Shown one piece after another: positions 17,412 through 27,041 of a stretch of DNA of 64,000 bases (position 1 is the first letter of the stretch; each line of letters opens with the position of its first letter). The notes beneath the pieces are model-generated. The model had not been told where the DNA came from. It ran no database searches and saw only the letters and a list, made by a program, of their open reading frames with translations. Both the position numbers and the translations under genes were made by a program. This DNA comes from an uncultured virus (IMG/VR IMGVR_UViG_3300044701_004307) (taxonomy: Duplodnaviria; Heunggongvirae; Uroviricota; Caudoviricetes): the IMG/VR virus record IMGVR_UViG_3300044701_004307, one strand, 5' to 3'.

Positions 17412-18938
17412 TCACCAAGCATCAATACGCTGTAAATCATCTGGCAGGAATGCAGCACGTCCCCAGTGTACGGAGGTCATCTGTGGAGCGCTACGTTGAT
17501 TCATGTAATTAATCGCCTGGGCCACACTGTCGCAAATGTCATCATTCTTCGCGGCCGGAAACAGGCTGAATTCATTCAAGAAAGCATCGAGCCATGTGCT
17601 GTAAGTTGGCAGGTAGACATTGCCGGCTTCCACTACTGGCACAATGCCGGACAGTCTTGCTACTTTTGATCGATCATTTGGCTTATAACCAATGACCCCA
17701 GGGATACGAGTATGAAGTAATTGGTAGGCTGCGAATCCACTCGCGGCTAATTCGATGATAGTACCATTGATTTGATACTTATTTTGCATCGCTAAAATCA
17801 TCTGAATCGTACCGTTGATGTCGGTTTTGGCGCGATACAAATCCATGACATAAAAGTTGACTCCAAGCTGCCCCATGACAGTCCCGACAACGTAATCAGA
17901 ATCGTTATTGCTGGTGAATGTGCAGTCAACACTAAGCATTATTCGATCCATGACTGGTAGATCCTTGGCCGACTCGTAGTACTGCCACCAGTTAGGATCA
18001 AACATGTTACCGCTCAGGGGTGCTGGGCGTTGCTGATACAATGCAGACCACTCCCTCGGACCTACGGCCTGCTTGATGCGCTCCAGATCCACCACGTCAT
18101 AGCGCTGTGGGCACAATGCCTCACCCGCTCCTGTGCGCCAGTCGGGCAGAATTGTGCAGTGGCTGGGCAGCGGAGGCCTGGAGCCGGCATCTTCGCTAAT
18201 GGCGGGCCAATCAATGATGGTCCAGTCTTCGCGAGCTTCTTCCGGGGCATTTTCTTCCATCTCGAGAAGCTTGCCAGTCAGGTCATTTTCACCCCACCTG
18301 GTAGCTACCACAACAATGGCGCCGTGCTTGGGCTCGAGACGAGTGTATAACGAGCCCTGGTAGAAGCTCCACAGCTTTTCCATCGTCCTCGGGCTGTCGG
18401 CCTCTTCTCTGCCTTTTACCGTATCATCCGCAATAATCAAGCTGGCAGAACGACCCGTGACAGAGCCTCCAATACCGGTTGCCCAGCAGCCACCGCCACC
18501 CTCCGTGCCCCAACGATTGACTGATTGGTTGGAGGGATCAATTAGTCCTCCAGCAGACTTGTAGTACTCACGGGCCTCCCTGGAAAAGCCTTCTGCAAGC
18601 TCGGCGCTGTAGGAACAAATTGCTACGTATCGCTCCGGATGCGCCAAGAGATAGGCAGCCGGCAAAAGTCTAGACGACAAAAGACTCTTGCCCATTCGGG
18701 GAGGACAACTAACAATCAAACGCTTACATTCGCCATCGATCACCTTTTGTAGCTGTTTAACTAATTCAGCGTGAGCCCTGTAGAAACGATAATTAGGGGA
18801 GACTTCTTTGATCATCTTGTGGAAGATGACCTGCTGACCTTCTTCCTTGGTCTTTGATTTGGCACTTTTTAATTCGCCAACAATCCCAACGCTGCCGGCA
18901 ATATGCCCAAGAAACTTATCGCCAATAGACTTTGGCAT
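17412..18938 (-). CDS. terL: terminase large subunit
   Basis: Walker A PPRMGKS, Walker B IIADD, TRW..DL, ALYQQRP, nuclease SVD...DY...DD.CD. Confidence 0.95.
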   Translation of the reverse strand: MPKSIGDKFLGHIAGSVGIVGELKSAKSKTKEEGQQVIFHKMIKEVSPNYRFYRAHAELVKQLQKVIDGECKRLIVSCPPRMGKSLLSSRLLPAAYLLAHPERYVAICSYSAELAEGFSREAREYYKSAGGLIDPSNQSVNRWGTEGGGGCWATGIGGSVTGRSASLIIADDTVKGREEADSPRTMEKLWSFYQGSLYTRLEPKHGAIVVVATRWGENDLTGKLLEMEENAPEEAREDWTIIDWPAISEDAGSRPPLPSHCTILPDWRTGAGEALCPQRYDVVDLERIKQAVGPREWSALYQQRPAPLSGNMFDPNWWQYYESAKDLPVMDRIMLSVDCTFTSNNDSDYVVGTVMGQLGVNFYVMDLYRAKTDINGTIQMILAMQNKYQINGTIIELAASGFAAYQLLHTRIPGVIGYKPNDRSKVARLSGIVPVVEAGNVYLPTYSTWLDAFLNEFSLFPAAKNDDICDSVAQAINYMNQRSAPQMTSVHWGRAAFLPDDLQRIDAW

Positions 18939-19147
18939 TACTTGATCGCCTCGTGTTCGGCGATTGTTCTTTGTGCCGCATTAGTCAACATATCAATGAA
19001 GTCCTGCTCCGTCCAGTCATTGAAAACAGAAGTAATGGGATGATCTCTGTCCCACTCCAAGGCAAGAGATCCATCATCCTCTTCGATCACAGACAAAGGG
19101 AAGTCGTGATCAGTTTCTACGGGATTACTCATCAACTTCAAACTCAT
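18938..19147 (-). CDS. hypothetical phage protein
   Basis: EEDDGS...EWD..HP......WTE.DF pattern; TAATG coupling with terL. Confidence 0.6.
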   Translation of the reverse strand: MSLKLMSNPVETDHDFPLSVIEEDDGSLALEWDRDHPITSVFNDWTEQDFIDMLTNAAQRTIAEHEAIK

Positions 19148-19748
19148 AAGGATCTCCCAATTCTACCTCCTCAACACGAACTTTCTCGACTTCTGTCTCG
19201 ACAACGTCCAGCAATTCGTTGACGCCCAAGGCGTTGCCCCATGCTTGGCGGGATTGTTCGTTAATTGTGGCTGCCGCCCGAAGAAGGCCACCAACCATAT
19301 GCATTGGAATCTCCTCGCCTTGCTCTTCTGCCTGAGCAATGCGTTTGCCCAGAACTCTTACCAGGTCCTCGGAGACTCGTGACATAATTCTCGCTTGACG
19401 CTCTGATGCGTTGCGGAATTCCGAGATGGCCTCCATGTGGGCATCACGCTTAAGTCTGTCAGCTTGCCTCAGAGTCATCATGAGCTCATCTTTATGCCAT
19501 GCCGCAGCACGATTTTCCCAATTGAATTTGTCAGCCCATTTCGTCAGCGTCTCGACCTTGTGCCCGGTAATCCGAGACAGCTCAGAGAATGAGCGCAGAC
19601 CTTTCAGCCTGAGATATTGCTGCAAACATGCATGCTGCTCGGCCGTCTCATGACGACCAGTTTTTCGCAAGATATAGCCCCGCCGGAACTCGTAGATCCC
19701 TCCCGGGGTACGAGGTGGTGGCTTTGCTTCTGACCATTCCTTACTCAA
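19125..19748 (-). CDS. putative terminase small subunit
   Basis: N-terminal HTH-like segment with W..K..W..RA.AW motif, then coiled coil; upstream of terL. Confidence 0.65.
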   Translation of the reverse strand: MSKEWSEAKPPPRTPGGIYEFRRGYILRKTGRHETAEQHACLQQYLRLKGLRSFSELSRITGHKVETLTKWADKFNWENRAAAWHKDELMMTLRQADRLKRDAHMEAISEFRNASERQARIMSRVSEDLVRVLGKRIAQAEEQGEEIPMHMVGGLLRAAATINEQSRQAWGNALGVNELLDVVETEVEKVRVEEVELGDPYEFEVDE

Positions 19749-19895
19749 GCTCGATCTCCGAACCGAAGTGCCCTATTGTTCCATGGAATAAGAGTTTTCA
19801 ATTTCATGGCAGTATCTGCTTTGCAATCCAGATAAAGATCGCGCAAAGAACCCAGTAACCCAGCCCCAGCCAAATAATTGTACTTAGTTCCATCT

Positions 19896-20096
19896 TTAGT
19901 GTTGTGGCTCAGTGCCTATAGCACGCTTGATATCTTTCCTGAATTGCCTCAAGCCCCTCCAGGCATCTGACGGCGTAGCTGGACAAGAAACAATAGGTCC
20001 GGCAGGATGCTTAAAGACCATGTGCTTGTTTACTCTGATAAGTACAAAGCCATACTCTGTCGCCAAGGCCCTGTACTCCTTAGACGCTTTATTCAT
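19896..20096 (-). CDS. HicA-like small protein
   Basis: LA..YGF.L.R..KH..FKHP.G..V....TPSD pattern; 66 aa, basic. Confidence 0.6.
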   Translation of the reverse strand: MNKASKEYRALATEYGFVLIRVNKHMVFKHPAGPIVSCPATPSDAWRGLRQFRKDIKRAIGTEPQH

Positions 20097-20664
20097 TGAC
20101 CCACCCAGCGAGCAAGTCCTCGATGGCTTCGTGGTACTCCTCAACCGTGCCATTGTTGAAAAGCTTTACGGTCTGCACTCCTTCAATATCAATGTAGGAA
20201 CGGCTGTCACCAGCAAAAGTTTTTCCTTCGCGATAAATTTTAACAAGTAACGTATTCTTTTTGCCAAAAATATCGACTACGGGCTGAGCTTCTGTGGCAA
20301 AACCTGAATCGCTGCAAACATACAACTTTTGCTCCGGATCATCACGCATGTGGTCCCGAATATGCCTGGCGGCTAGATTGCCAAAAATCCATGGATCAAA
20401 CAATTGTTTGGCCCAAGATTCACTAAAAGAAATTTGAGTTTCGACATAGCTTTTCCCGAACAACAAAAAAGTAGGTTCGGTTTTAATTTGCTCCAAGTAG
20501 GCAACTTCCTCTTGATAAAGATTGAACATTGCTCGGATGGCCGCCTTGACAGGACCACTCATTTTGAAATGATGAGCGTCGAGTTTGGATTCGCAATGAA
20601 GTGACGCGACATCCTTACCACTATGCCTCGGACCGTTAAACAAAACCAGCTTGGGTTGACTCAC
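20089..20664 (-). CDS. deoxynucleoside monophosphate kinase
   Basis: P-loop GPRHSGKD, SD.GF..E, NNGT.E; adjacent to thyX. Confidence 0.8.
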   Translation of the reverse strand: MSQPKLVLFNGPRHSGKDVASLHCESKLDAHHFKMSGPVKAAIRAMFNLYQEEVAYLEQIKTEPTFLLFGKSYVETQISFSESWAKQLFDPWIFGNLAARHIRDHMRDDPEQKLYVCSDSGFATEAQPVVDIFGKKNTLLVKIYREGKTFAGDSRSYIDIEGVQTVKLFNNGTVEEYHEAIEDLLAGWVNE

Positions 20665-21305
20665 TTTTGCACCTCCTTTGAATCTGGCCAACAAGCTTGA
20701 CCAATGACTGGGAATGATTCACAAAAAATATTTTTGCACTGATTCGCTATTTGACGATGCTCAAGCTGAGTGCTGACATCTGTTCTCACATCGATGTAGT
20801 GAATCCAAGAGCGCAGCGTGCCATGCATGTACATGGTTGTAGGAGTACAAAGCGGCAAAATGCGGCGAGCAGTTTCCTTGGCCACTTCCACATCAAGCAT
20901 ATCCTTATAGAGGCGGTAGGCCTCGGCAAAGTGCGCATCGATAGCTGTTTCCCAGCATTCGATAACAGCAGGATCAATGTCGTCAATACTGTTTTGACGA
21001 TTTTGAGTGTCCTGACGACGTAGCGCCGGAGAAATAGCTTTCTCCGTTACAGCATAACGAGTGCTGAACTCCTGAAAGCTAAAGCTTCGATGCCTCAACA
21101 CCTGAGCCGCAATGTCGCGCTCTGTATCAATCTGGACGCACATTGAGGCCATCTCAAAGGGCGACCAATGACGATGCTTGATTAGGTAACGAAGCAGGCG
21201 TGGTCCAGTCTCGAAGTTGTCAGCATTTTCCGGTGCCGACACCCTGGCCATTTTAACAATAAGCTTTTCAGCTTCTGGCGTGCAGTGAATGAGTGAAACT
21301 GTCAT
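20661..21305 (-). CDS. thyX: flavin-dependent thymidylate synthase
   Basis: H.SPFE, RHRSFSFQEFSTRY, E.AR.ILP, LRSWIHY...R, TQ.EH. Confidence 0.96.
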   Translation of the reverse strand: MTVSLIHCTPEAEKLIVKMARVSAPENADNFETGPRLLRYLIKHRHWSPFEMASMCVQIDTERDIAAQVLRHRSFSFQEFSTRYAVTEKAISPALRRQDTQNRQNSIDDIDPAVIECWETAIDAHFAEAYRLYKDMLDVEVAKETARRILPLCTPTTMYMHGTLRSWIHYIDVRTDVSTQLEHRQIANQCKNIFCESFPVIGQACWPDSKEVQK

Positions 21306-21306
21306 T

Positions 21307-21519
21307 TTAGTATTTTTTTTGGTTTTTGGCAATGATGTAAAGTACGCTGGCCAATAGCAGAATAATAAGCGAAAAAGCGATCGGAATCCAGAATGGAGCG
21401 ACGACCCATACCCAGGGCCAATTGATCTGCCCTGTCAGCTTCAGGCCGACAAACAGCACGCCCAATAATGATGTTTCGGGTCGCACAGTGATCTTTCCAG
21501 TGTTCGAATCGCTCATCAC
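21307..21519 (-). CDS. small membrane protein
   Basis: LKLTG.I.W.W.WV.AP.W pattern with two hydrophobic helices. Confidence 0.7.
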   Translation of the reverse strand: MMSDSNTGKITVRPETSLLGVLFVGLKLTGQINWPWVWVVAPFWIPIAFSLIILLLASVLYIIAKNQKKY

Positions 21520-22392
21520 TTAGATCGCAAAAGCGTCGTCGAGGGAGGTGGGGCTCATCGACATTGTAGCGGCTTCGACCGGCGAAGAGAACCAGGCAGG
21601 CAGGCTCAGCACTTCGTGCTCAATTTCGGGTGGCCCCCAGTTCTTTGTGCGGATACAATCTGCCAGCAACTGCCTGGCAATCGTCGTTTGCTCGCGGCCC
21701 TCGAGCAACATTTCGCTAGAGACCTCAAAAGTCTTAACTGCATAAGGTGGGGTTCGCTCTATCCCAATAAAGATAAAGGTTGCGGGCACGCCGAAAGCCG
21801 CCTCGGTCCCCTCCGCGTACCAGGCCGCCTGAAACAAGTAGTTCATGCCACCAATAACCTTTTTCAGGAAGTCCTTGGAATCGACGCTATCAGTGGTCTT
21901 CAGGTCCAATACCAAGGCCCGGTCCTTCTCTAGTACTAACCGATCGAGACGACACTTGCATTCCAGGCCATCAGCCTCCCAGTACAGACTGAGTTCATTG
22001 TGTTTCCGATAGTCAGGCTGATCGGGGTTAAACCATTCCAGGCGCCTAAGAGAGTTGGTCATGCCATGAACGGCTTCCCAGGAGGCATATTGATCGGTCT
22101 TGGATAGCACGGTCTTCTTCCCTGCGGCCGCCTTCCATTCCTTGCCTTCCTTAGTCGTCAGGTTGACGCCTTCAGGCTTCAACACGAAGTCCCGGTCGAA
22201 TTGCTCCTGTCCCTCCAGGGCCAAGCAGTGCAACGCAGATCCAATCTGCATTGTCAGGGTGGGACCAAATTTCCTTTGCTTGGCAGCCAAGTAATGAGCC
22301 GGTGACTTCAGGATGTGCTTAACGTAGGACTGCGCATGCCCTGGATCGGCCCTGTAGGGTGCGTCCGCCTGTTCGTAACTGATTGCTGCCAC
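21520..22392 (-). CDS. RecE/exonuclease VIII-like PD-(D/E)XK nuclease
   Basis: S..K....SPAHY, GSALH, KCRLD, DLKTT, Y..QAAWY. Confidence 0.88.
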   Translation of the reverse strand: MAAISYEQADAPYRADPGHAQSYVKHILKSPAHYLAAKQRKFGPTLTMQIGSALHCLALEGQEQFDRDFVLKPEGVNLTTKEGKEWKAAAGKKTVLSKTDQYASWEAVHGMTNSLRRLEWFNPDQPDYRKHNELSLYWEADGLECKCRLDRLVLEKDRALVLDLKTTDSVDSKDFLKKVIGGMNYLFQAAWYAEGTEAAFGVPATFIFIGIERTPPYAVKTFEVSSEMLLEGREQTTIARQLLADCIRTKNWGPPEIEHEVLSLPAWFSSPVEAATMSMSPTSLDDAFAI

Positions 22393-22425
22393 TGGGAAGT
22401 TTACCTGCTGACGACATTATAGACA

Positions 22426-22839
22426 TCATAGCACGGCGATCTGAATCACCCAGCGCGACTCAGGTTTTGACGCTTTTTCCCACTCAAAAATTAGGCACGG
22501 AATAACGGAAACTCGATCGTCCTCCCACAATATGCCTGGCTTGCCCTTGGAGGGGCCTGCGGCATCGAGGATGGCTCCCGAAATATTGTCGGAATCACCA
22601 CGGCCCTCGCCATAGACCCTGATATATAGAGCGATTGGCCCCTCCAGCGGCTCATGGGGCCACTGCTCTCGGATCTGTCGCTGCATCTCCGCCTGGGCGT
22701 CCCTGTAAGCCTGTGGCATATAGGCATGTCCAGTCTTCGTAAGCCTGGGGCGCGCCTTGCTGAACAAGGGCATCCTGACTTCCAGGACGTAGTCAGGTGA
22801 ACCGATCGCCTTCGCTATAGCCTCGGAAGTATGCATCAT
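22426..22839 (-). CDS. rusA: RusA-like Holliday junction resolvase
   Basis: SKARPR...G.AY.P, D.DN....ILDA, W.DD. Confidence 0.85.
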   Translation of the reverse strand: MMHTSEAIAKAIGSPDYVLEVRMPLFSKARPRLTKTGHAYMPQAYRDAQAEMQRQIREQWPHEPLEGPIALYIRVYGEGRGDSDNISGAILDAAGPSKGKPGILWEDDRVSVIPCLIFEWEKASKPESRWVIQIAVL

Positions 22840-22913
22840 CGCCTTCCGACGCTAACTCGGGTTCAGTGTTCCGAGGGTGCCCTGGCTCGATGTCAGTTCC
22901 GTCCCATTGATCA

Positions 22914-23198
22914 TCAGCTACTGGCTGATTTTCCTTTTTTGCTTGAGTCATTTTTAACGACTGTCAAGTTTCGGTTGTCAACACAGCATACCATGCGCTG
23001 CTCTTTGGACAGAAAAACTGTACAACGTGTTTCATCGCTGTAAACCACTGAGCCAGTGAGCCACCCGTGCCCGCTATAGAGCTGAACCTTTTCACCCTTG
23101 AGATACTTGGTCATTGGCAACGGATCGGCATTCAGGCGTGTTTCTTCCTTGTACGCGGATGGCTTGTAACGAATTTCACCAGATTTGAGAATTCTCAC
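22914..23198 (-). CDS. hypothetical protein
   Basis: 94 aa; coupled to the upstream gene. Confidence 0.5.
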   Translation of the reverse strand: MRILKSGEIRYKPSAYKEETRLNADPLPMTKYLKGEKVQLYSGHGWLTGSVVYSDETRCTVFLSKEQRMVCCVDNRNLTVVKNDSSKKGKSASS

Positions 23199-23377
23199 GG
23201 CCTGCTGCTTTTGTAGTTACGCGTAGTCACTCGATTCCAATTACACACAAAGGCGTTGTAAATCGCTGAATATGCATCTTGGTCACCCCTTGCCCAGGCA
23301 GCCTTTAGCGCGCCGTCATATTGCCCCAGTATATATTCTGGCTTCCATTCCCATTCGGACTCTTCAGGCCTAAGCAT
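23195..23377 (-). CDS. hypothetical protein
   Basis: 60 aa; overlaps its neighbours. Confidence 0.45.
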   Translation of the reverse strand: MLRPEESEWEWKPEYILGQYDGALKAAWARGDQDAYSAIYNAFVCNWNRVTTRNYKSSRP

Positions 23378-23810
23378 ATTCGGGCAACCTGGCGATTTGT
23401 TGACGGCTCATTTCACTGAGTAGATGCTGGGGAATTGGGGCGCCCAAGGCTGCAACCCAAGAAATTACTGTTGACAAATTATCTGGTATTAAAACCCAGA
23501 GGTCCTGCTTTTCATTATAACGAACTAATTTTTGTGTCACAAACTCATCCAGCACCTTATCTACCAACTTTTCCAGCCTGGTCCCCTCACAATAGTCATT
23601 ATCGAGAGGGTCCCAGCCGCCAACCTTCAGGTCATCCATGCAGCAGTGTGGCGTGATAGCTGCCAGTACTTCATGGCTTTTGACGGCGCCGCGATGCAAC
23701 AATGAAGCAATAATGTATGGCTTCACGTGTCCGGTCGTCAGCATAGGTACTTCGTCAACAAGTGCCCCCACTGCACCTGGTATAAATTCAGAAGTCCCTG
23801 ATGCATTCAT
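23370..23810 (-). CDS. hypothetical protein
   Basis: 146-aa ORF in an operon. Confidence 0.6.
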   Translation of the reverse strand: MNASGTSEFIPGAVGALVDEVPMLTTGHVKPYIIASLLHRGAVKSHEVLAAITPHCCMDDLKVGGWDPLDNDYCEGTRLEKLVDKVLDEFVTQKLVRYNEKQDLWVLIPDNLSTVISWVAALGAPIPQHLLSEMSRQQIARLPEYA

Positions 23811-23904
23811 AGGAGCAGTACCAGTAGTGGAGTGATAATTGAAACGGCACCAATGAAGGCGCCGCTGATTTCATCCAATAGCGACCTAAGCGGGTCTTGA
23901 TCAA

Positions 23905-24204
23905 TCAATCTGTGGGCTGACAATTAAGCTCAATTTCTGCGGTGGAAATTTGCGAACAACGTGCCACTGCCTTTACTCCGGTTGGATCTTCACTGCGATC
24001 AAAGGTTACCTTGAAAGCAAGAGAAAATACTCCATCCTTTTCAGTGGCTTCTGCAGCGTTAAAGTTCTTGCCTAGTACATATGCCAGAGCTTGCAGTGCT
24101 GTTGCTCTCTCGCTTTCTCGATCAATGCCATCATCGTCACGTTCTGCAAAAGCTTTCAAAAGCTGGACAGCCCCAGGGTCAAGAGACTCGTCGTAGTTTG
24201 CCAT
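23905..24204 (-). CDS. hypothetical protein
   Basis: Start MANYD; TGGTAGAAT at 24228-24236. Confidence 0.6.
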   Translation of the reverse strand: MANYDESLDPGAVQLLKAFAERDDDGIDRESERATALQALAYVLGKNFNAAEATEKDGVFSLAFKVTFDRSEDPTGVKAVARCSQISTAEIELNCQPTD

Positions 24205-24238
24205 GTTTAGAATTCGGCTTACCGACCATTCTACCAAT

Positions 24239-24262
24239 AAAAAACCCCGGCCGTAACCGGGG
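24239..24262 (-). terminator. rho-independent terminator after ssb
   Basis: ccccgg/ccgggg stem with a U-tract on the minus strand. Confidence 0.75.
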
Positions 24263-24282
24263 CGTATTTCTGTCCTTTTAGG

Positions 24283-24633
24283 TCAGAACGGAACTTCGGT
24301 GCTGCCGCCATCGCGACGAGCTTCCTGGGTGACTACACGGGCATTTTTGACCGTAAGATAAACCTTGTCCTGGTATTGACGCTGGACAAGTTGGCCGTGA
24401 ACTCCGACCCGATCGCCACGTTCAAGGCGATCAGAGACAATTTCGGCTGCCTTGCCGTTTACTTCGATGTTATAAAACTGACCGAAGCGCTCTTCACCTT
24501 CGCGAACGTAGAAATACTCATTATCAACAACGGAGAAAGTTGCGAGTTTTCCGCCATTGTCGAATTCTTTTACGGAGACTGCAGGAGTGCCTTCCTTGCA
24601 GACCACTTTGCCGACGACTGAGATTGAGGCCAT
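24283..24633 (-). CDS. ssb: single-stranded DNA-binding protein
   Basis: OB-fold pattern (GK.AE....L.RGD.V.V.GQL); C-terminal EVPF tail. Confidence 0.9.
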   Translation of the reverse strand: MASISVVGKVVCKEGTPAVSVKEFDNGGKLATFSVVDNEYFYVREGEERFGQFYNIEVNGKAAEIVSDRLERGDRVGVHGQLVQRQYQDKVYLTVKNARVVTQEARRDGGSTEVPF

Positions 24634-24645
24634 TGCGTTTCCCGT

Positions 24646-25485
24646 TTAAGGGCTGTGTTGCTCACACAGTTTACCACGCCCAAATGCTTCTGGGCAAGCC
24701 CGCGCCAATCTGAGAGCACGATCTTTTTCGGACCTCACTCGGCTGATGGAGATGCCAAGCTGCTCGGAGATCCGTTTGAGAGTCTTGTTATGGACGGCGT
24801 AGGACAGTAAAACCTTTTGGCCTATGGGACTGATTCCGGCCTGGTCCATGGCATCATTGATTTCATTGGCAAACGCTTCCAGGTCTGGACTTTGGTTCTG
24901 ATCTGGTATTGAATCTATCAACTCGTGTCCATACTCATTCAGAGAGTTGAGTGACGTACACGAATAAGCGGCCTGAGTCAGGCGAGTCAGTTCTTTTACC
25001 CTTTCCTTAGACATTTCAGGGCGATCTTTCCGATCGCTGACGAAACCATTTCGTTTGTAAAAGGCAAGCTGCCGCGACGCCGACTCACTGACGTAAACAG
25101 GGGTCAAGGTTTTCATGTTGTAACGACCAATGAAACTCCGGATCCAGAAATTTGCATAAGTCGCAAACGTATACCCACGAGTTGGATCAAACATTTCAGC
25201 AGCTCGAACCAGGCCAAGCGTGCCAGTCTGTAAATAATCAACCGTTTCGGGGCTTCCCCATTTATTGTGCGAACAATTGTTCATGAAACCATGAGCAAAT
25301 CTCGCAACAAGCCTTAGATTATGCTGAACCAAAGTATTCACAAGCTTTCGTCGCTTGTGGCTGTCCTCCGGCAAAGATTGAATCTGCTTTGCAATCATAT
25401 TGACACGTTCGGCTGATAACAACGGATAGCGTCCCGCGTTGTCTAGCCAGGAAGTGACGTCAGACTGGTTGTCGTTGCGGCTCAT
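24646..25485 (-). CDS. RpoD-like (group 1/2) sigma-70 factor
   Basis: GRYPLL, HNLRLV, LQ.G.LGL.RAAE.FDPTRGY.FATYA..WIR, region 4 TL..I...LGIS..RVR. Confidence 0.9.
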   Translation of the reverse strand: MSRNDNQSDVTSWLDNAGRYPLLSAERVNMIAKQIQSLPEDSHKRRKLVNTLVQHNLRLVARFAHGFMNNCSHNKWGSPETVDYLQTGTLGLVRAAEMFDPTRGYTFATYANFWIRSFIGRYNMKTLTPVYVSESASRQLAFYKRNGFVSDRKDRPEMSKERVKELTRLTQAAYSCTSLNSLNEYGHELIDSIPDQNQSPDLEAFANEINDAMDQAGISPIGQKVLLSYAVHNKTLKRISEQLGISISRVRSEKDRALRLARACPEAFGRGKLCEQHSP

Positions 25486-25612
25486 TACGGTTCGTTGTAA
25501 TCTTCGATGATTGTACCATTGAATTCTTTTGAAAGAGCTGCTGCAGCAGTGTCCAGCAGATTCATGCTCCCCAGAGCTGGGTTGTAAACTCCCAACTCTG
25601 GGTACTCTCCGC

Positions 25613-26383
25613 CTACCACTGCTCGGCGCTGTTCTTTGGGGCGCAGGCCTCGTTAAAAGACTTTACCCATTCACCATCCTTTTCCCCCAGGCGGCTGATT
25701 CCTCCTGCATAGTCATTCTTGAGCTTGGCTGCCAAGGCCTCAGCGGAATGAGTCGTCAATCCTTTCGCTAGCGCAGCTTCCAGGAACTGCTCCTTGGTTG
25801 CTCCAGCCTTGGCCGGCGCATCGTTCTTGGCTGTGGCTTTGACTGGGGTAGTGGCTTTTCCTGCAGTCTTGGGGACGCTCACAGCAGGCTCTTTTGTTTC
25901 GTCTTCTACGTTACGGCTGTAGCCGTCTTCCAGCTTTTCGCGGGTCCAAAGCTCGATCCCAAGATTGAACACCGCAGCAGCGGCCAAGGCAAAGCCGCGA
26001 CGTGAGCAGTCGGAGACGTCACGGGAATCGATTTGGTCATAAGGAACTGATTTATGCCGATTGTCCTGAACGGCTTGAATGAACTCAGGCGTTGTCAGGC
26101 CAGTTTCAATGTTGCGGAAACGAATTAGCAAGTAGCCACCCTTGGGCGCCCGATGAAGCACAGTGCTATCGGTGGCCGGGACGAGCTCGGGATACCAACC
26201 CGAAGCATGTTCGTTCAGGAGCTCAGCGATTTTGGACCAGGGGACGTAAGAGGCGGCATACGTTCCAGATCCAATGGTCCGGACCATTTCCTTGGTGACC
26301 AGGCCCTTGAGGTTTGGAATTTTTTGCGTCATCGGAATTGATGGGATTTCGTGGATTGTAGCAATTGAGTCAGGAGCTGTCAA
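25613..26383 (-). CDS. Sak/Rad52-like single-strand annealing protein (DUF1071-like)
   Basis: SY.PW, V.DNR, D.....RR....AA..F.LG..LW; co-located with ssb and exonuclease. Confidence 0.7.
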   Translation of the reverse strand: MTAPDSIATIHEIPSIPMTQKIPNLKGLVTKEMVRTIGSGTYAASYVPWSKIAELLNEHASGWYPELVPATDSTVLHRAPKGGYLLIRFRNIETGLTTPEFIQAVQDNRHKSVPYDQIDSRDVSDCSRRGFALAAAAVFNLGIELWTREKLEDGYSRNVEDETKEPAVSVPKTAGKATTPVKATAKNDAPAKAGATKEQFLEAALAKGLTTHSAEALAAKLKNDYAGGISRLGEKDGEWVKSFNEACAPKNSAEQW

Positions 26384-26658
26384 CTGGCTAAGTCTTGATT
26401 CAGGACAATCTCGTCTGACTTGGTCAGCTTCTCCTCGATTTTAGCACGCTTGCGCTTGGCCACGCGCTGCTGCCGGTCGATCTCGTCGGCATGGATTTTT
26501 TCGTAGTGCCGCACCCATGCCTGGACATGCTTGGCATGGTAACCCAGGACCGAAACGACTTCACTGACCCAGGTTCGGGTCTTCAGGCCCTCGATGACGA
26601 GCCTTGCCATGCTTTCCCCGATCTCGTCGTAGCCCGTCGGGGCTTCGCTTTTCATCAA
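26380..26658 (-). CDS. hypothetical protein, possibly HTH
   Basis: First gene left of the divergence point. Confidence 0.5.
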   Translation of the reverse strand: MMKSEAPTGYDEIGESMARLVIEGLKTRTWVSEVVSVLGYHAKHVQAWVRHYEKIHADEIDRQQRVAKRKRAKIEEKLTKSDEIVLNQDLAS

Positions 26659-26823
26659 TCACCTGGCTGCTGGGTCGCACTCTACCACCATTCGCCTGAT
26701 CCCGCCGAATAGCGCGGAGCGCATCCTCACGCGTTTGAGTCGTGAGGTTTAGTAGTTGAGTCTTGGTAGAAGAAAGAAAACAGCCTAAGAAGTAATCTAG
26801 CTATATGCATTCTTAGTATGGTG

Positions 26824-26981
26824 CGCATTTTGCAACATGAGTCCTGTCGCATTTTGCAACACTGCGCTGCGCATTTTATGAATCAAAAAACGCGCTCCAA
26901 GACGCGCATTTTGTGGCAATTGCCGGTTTTTGAGCGGGGCTGAGTCGGTTTTTGCGACACCCGACCGCGCATTCTGCAACA
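26824..26981. repeat. iteron-like direct repeats; putative replication origin
   Basis: CGCATTTTGCAACA-like units at 26824, 26848, 26870, 26905, 26924, 26946 and 26968. Confidence 0.7.
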
Positions 26982-27041
26982 GGAGGTTGCGCTCATGGCT
27001 CGGAGGCGCTAGGCTTTGACAGTCCCTCCCCTGACAGCCCA

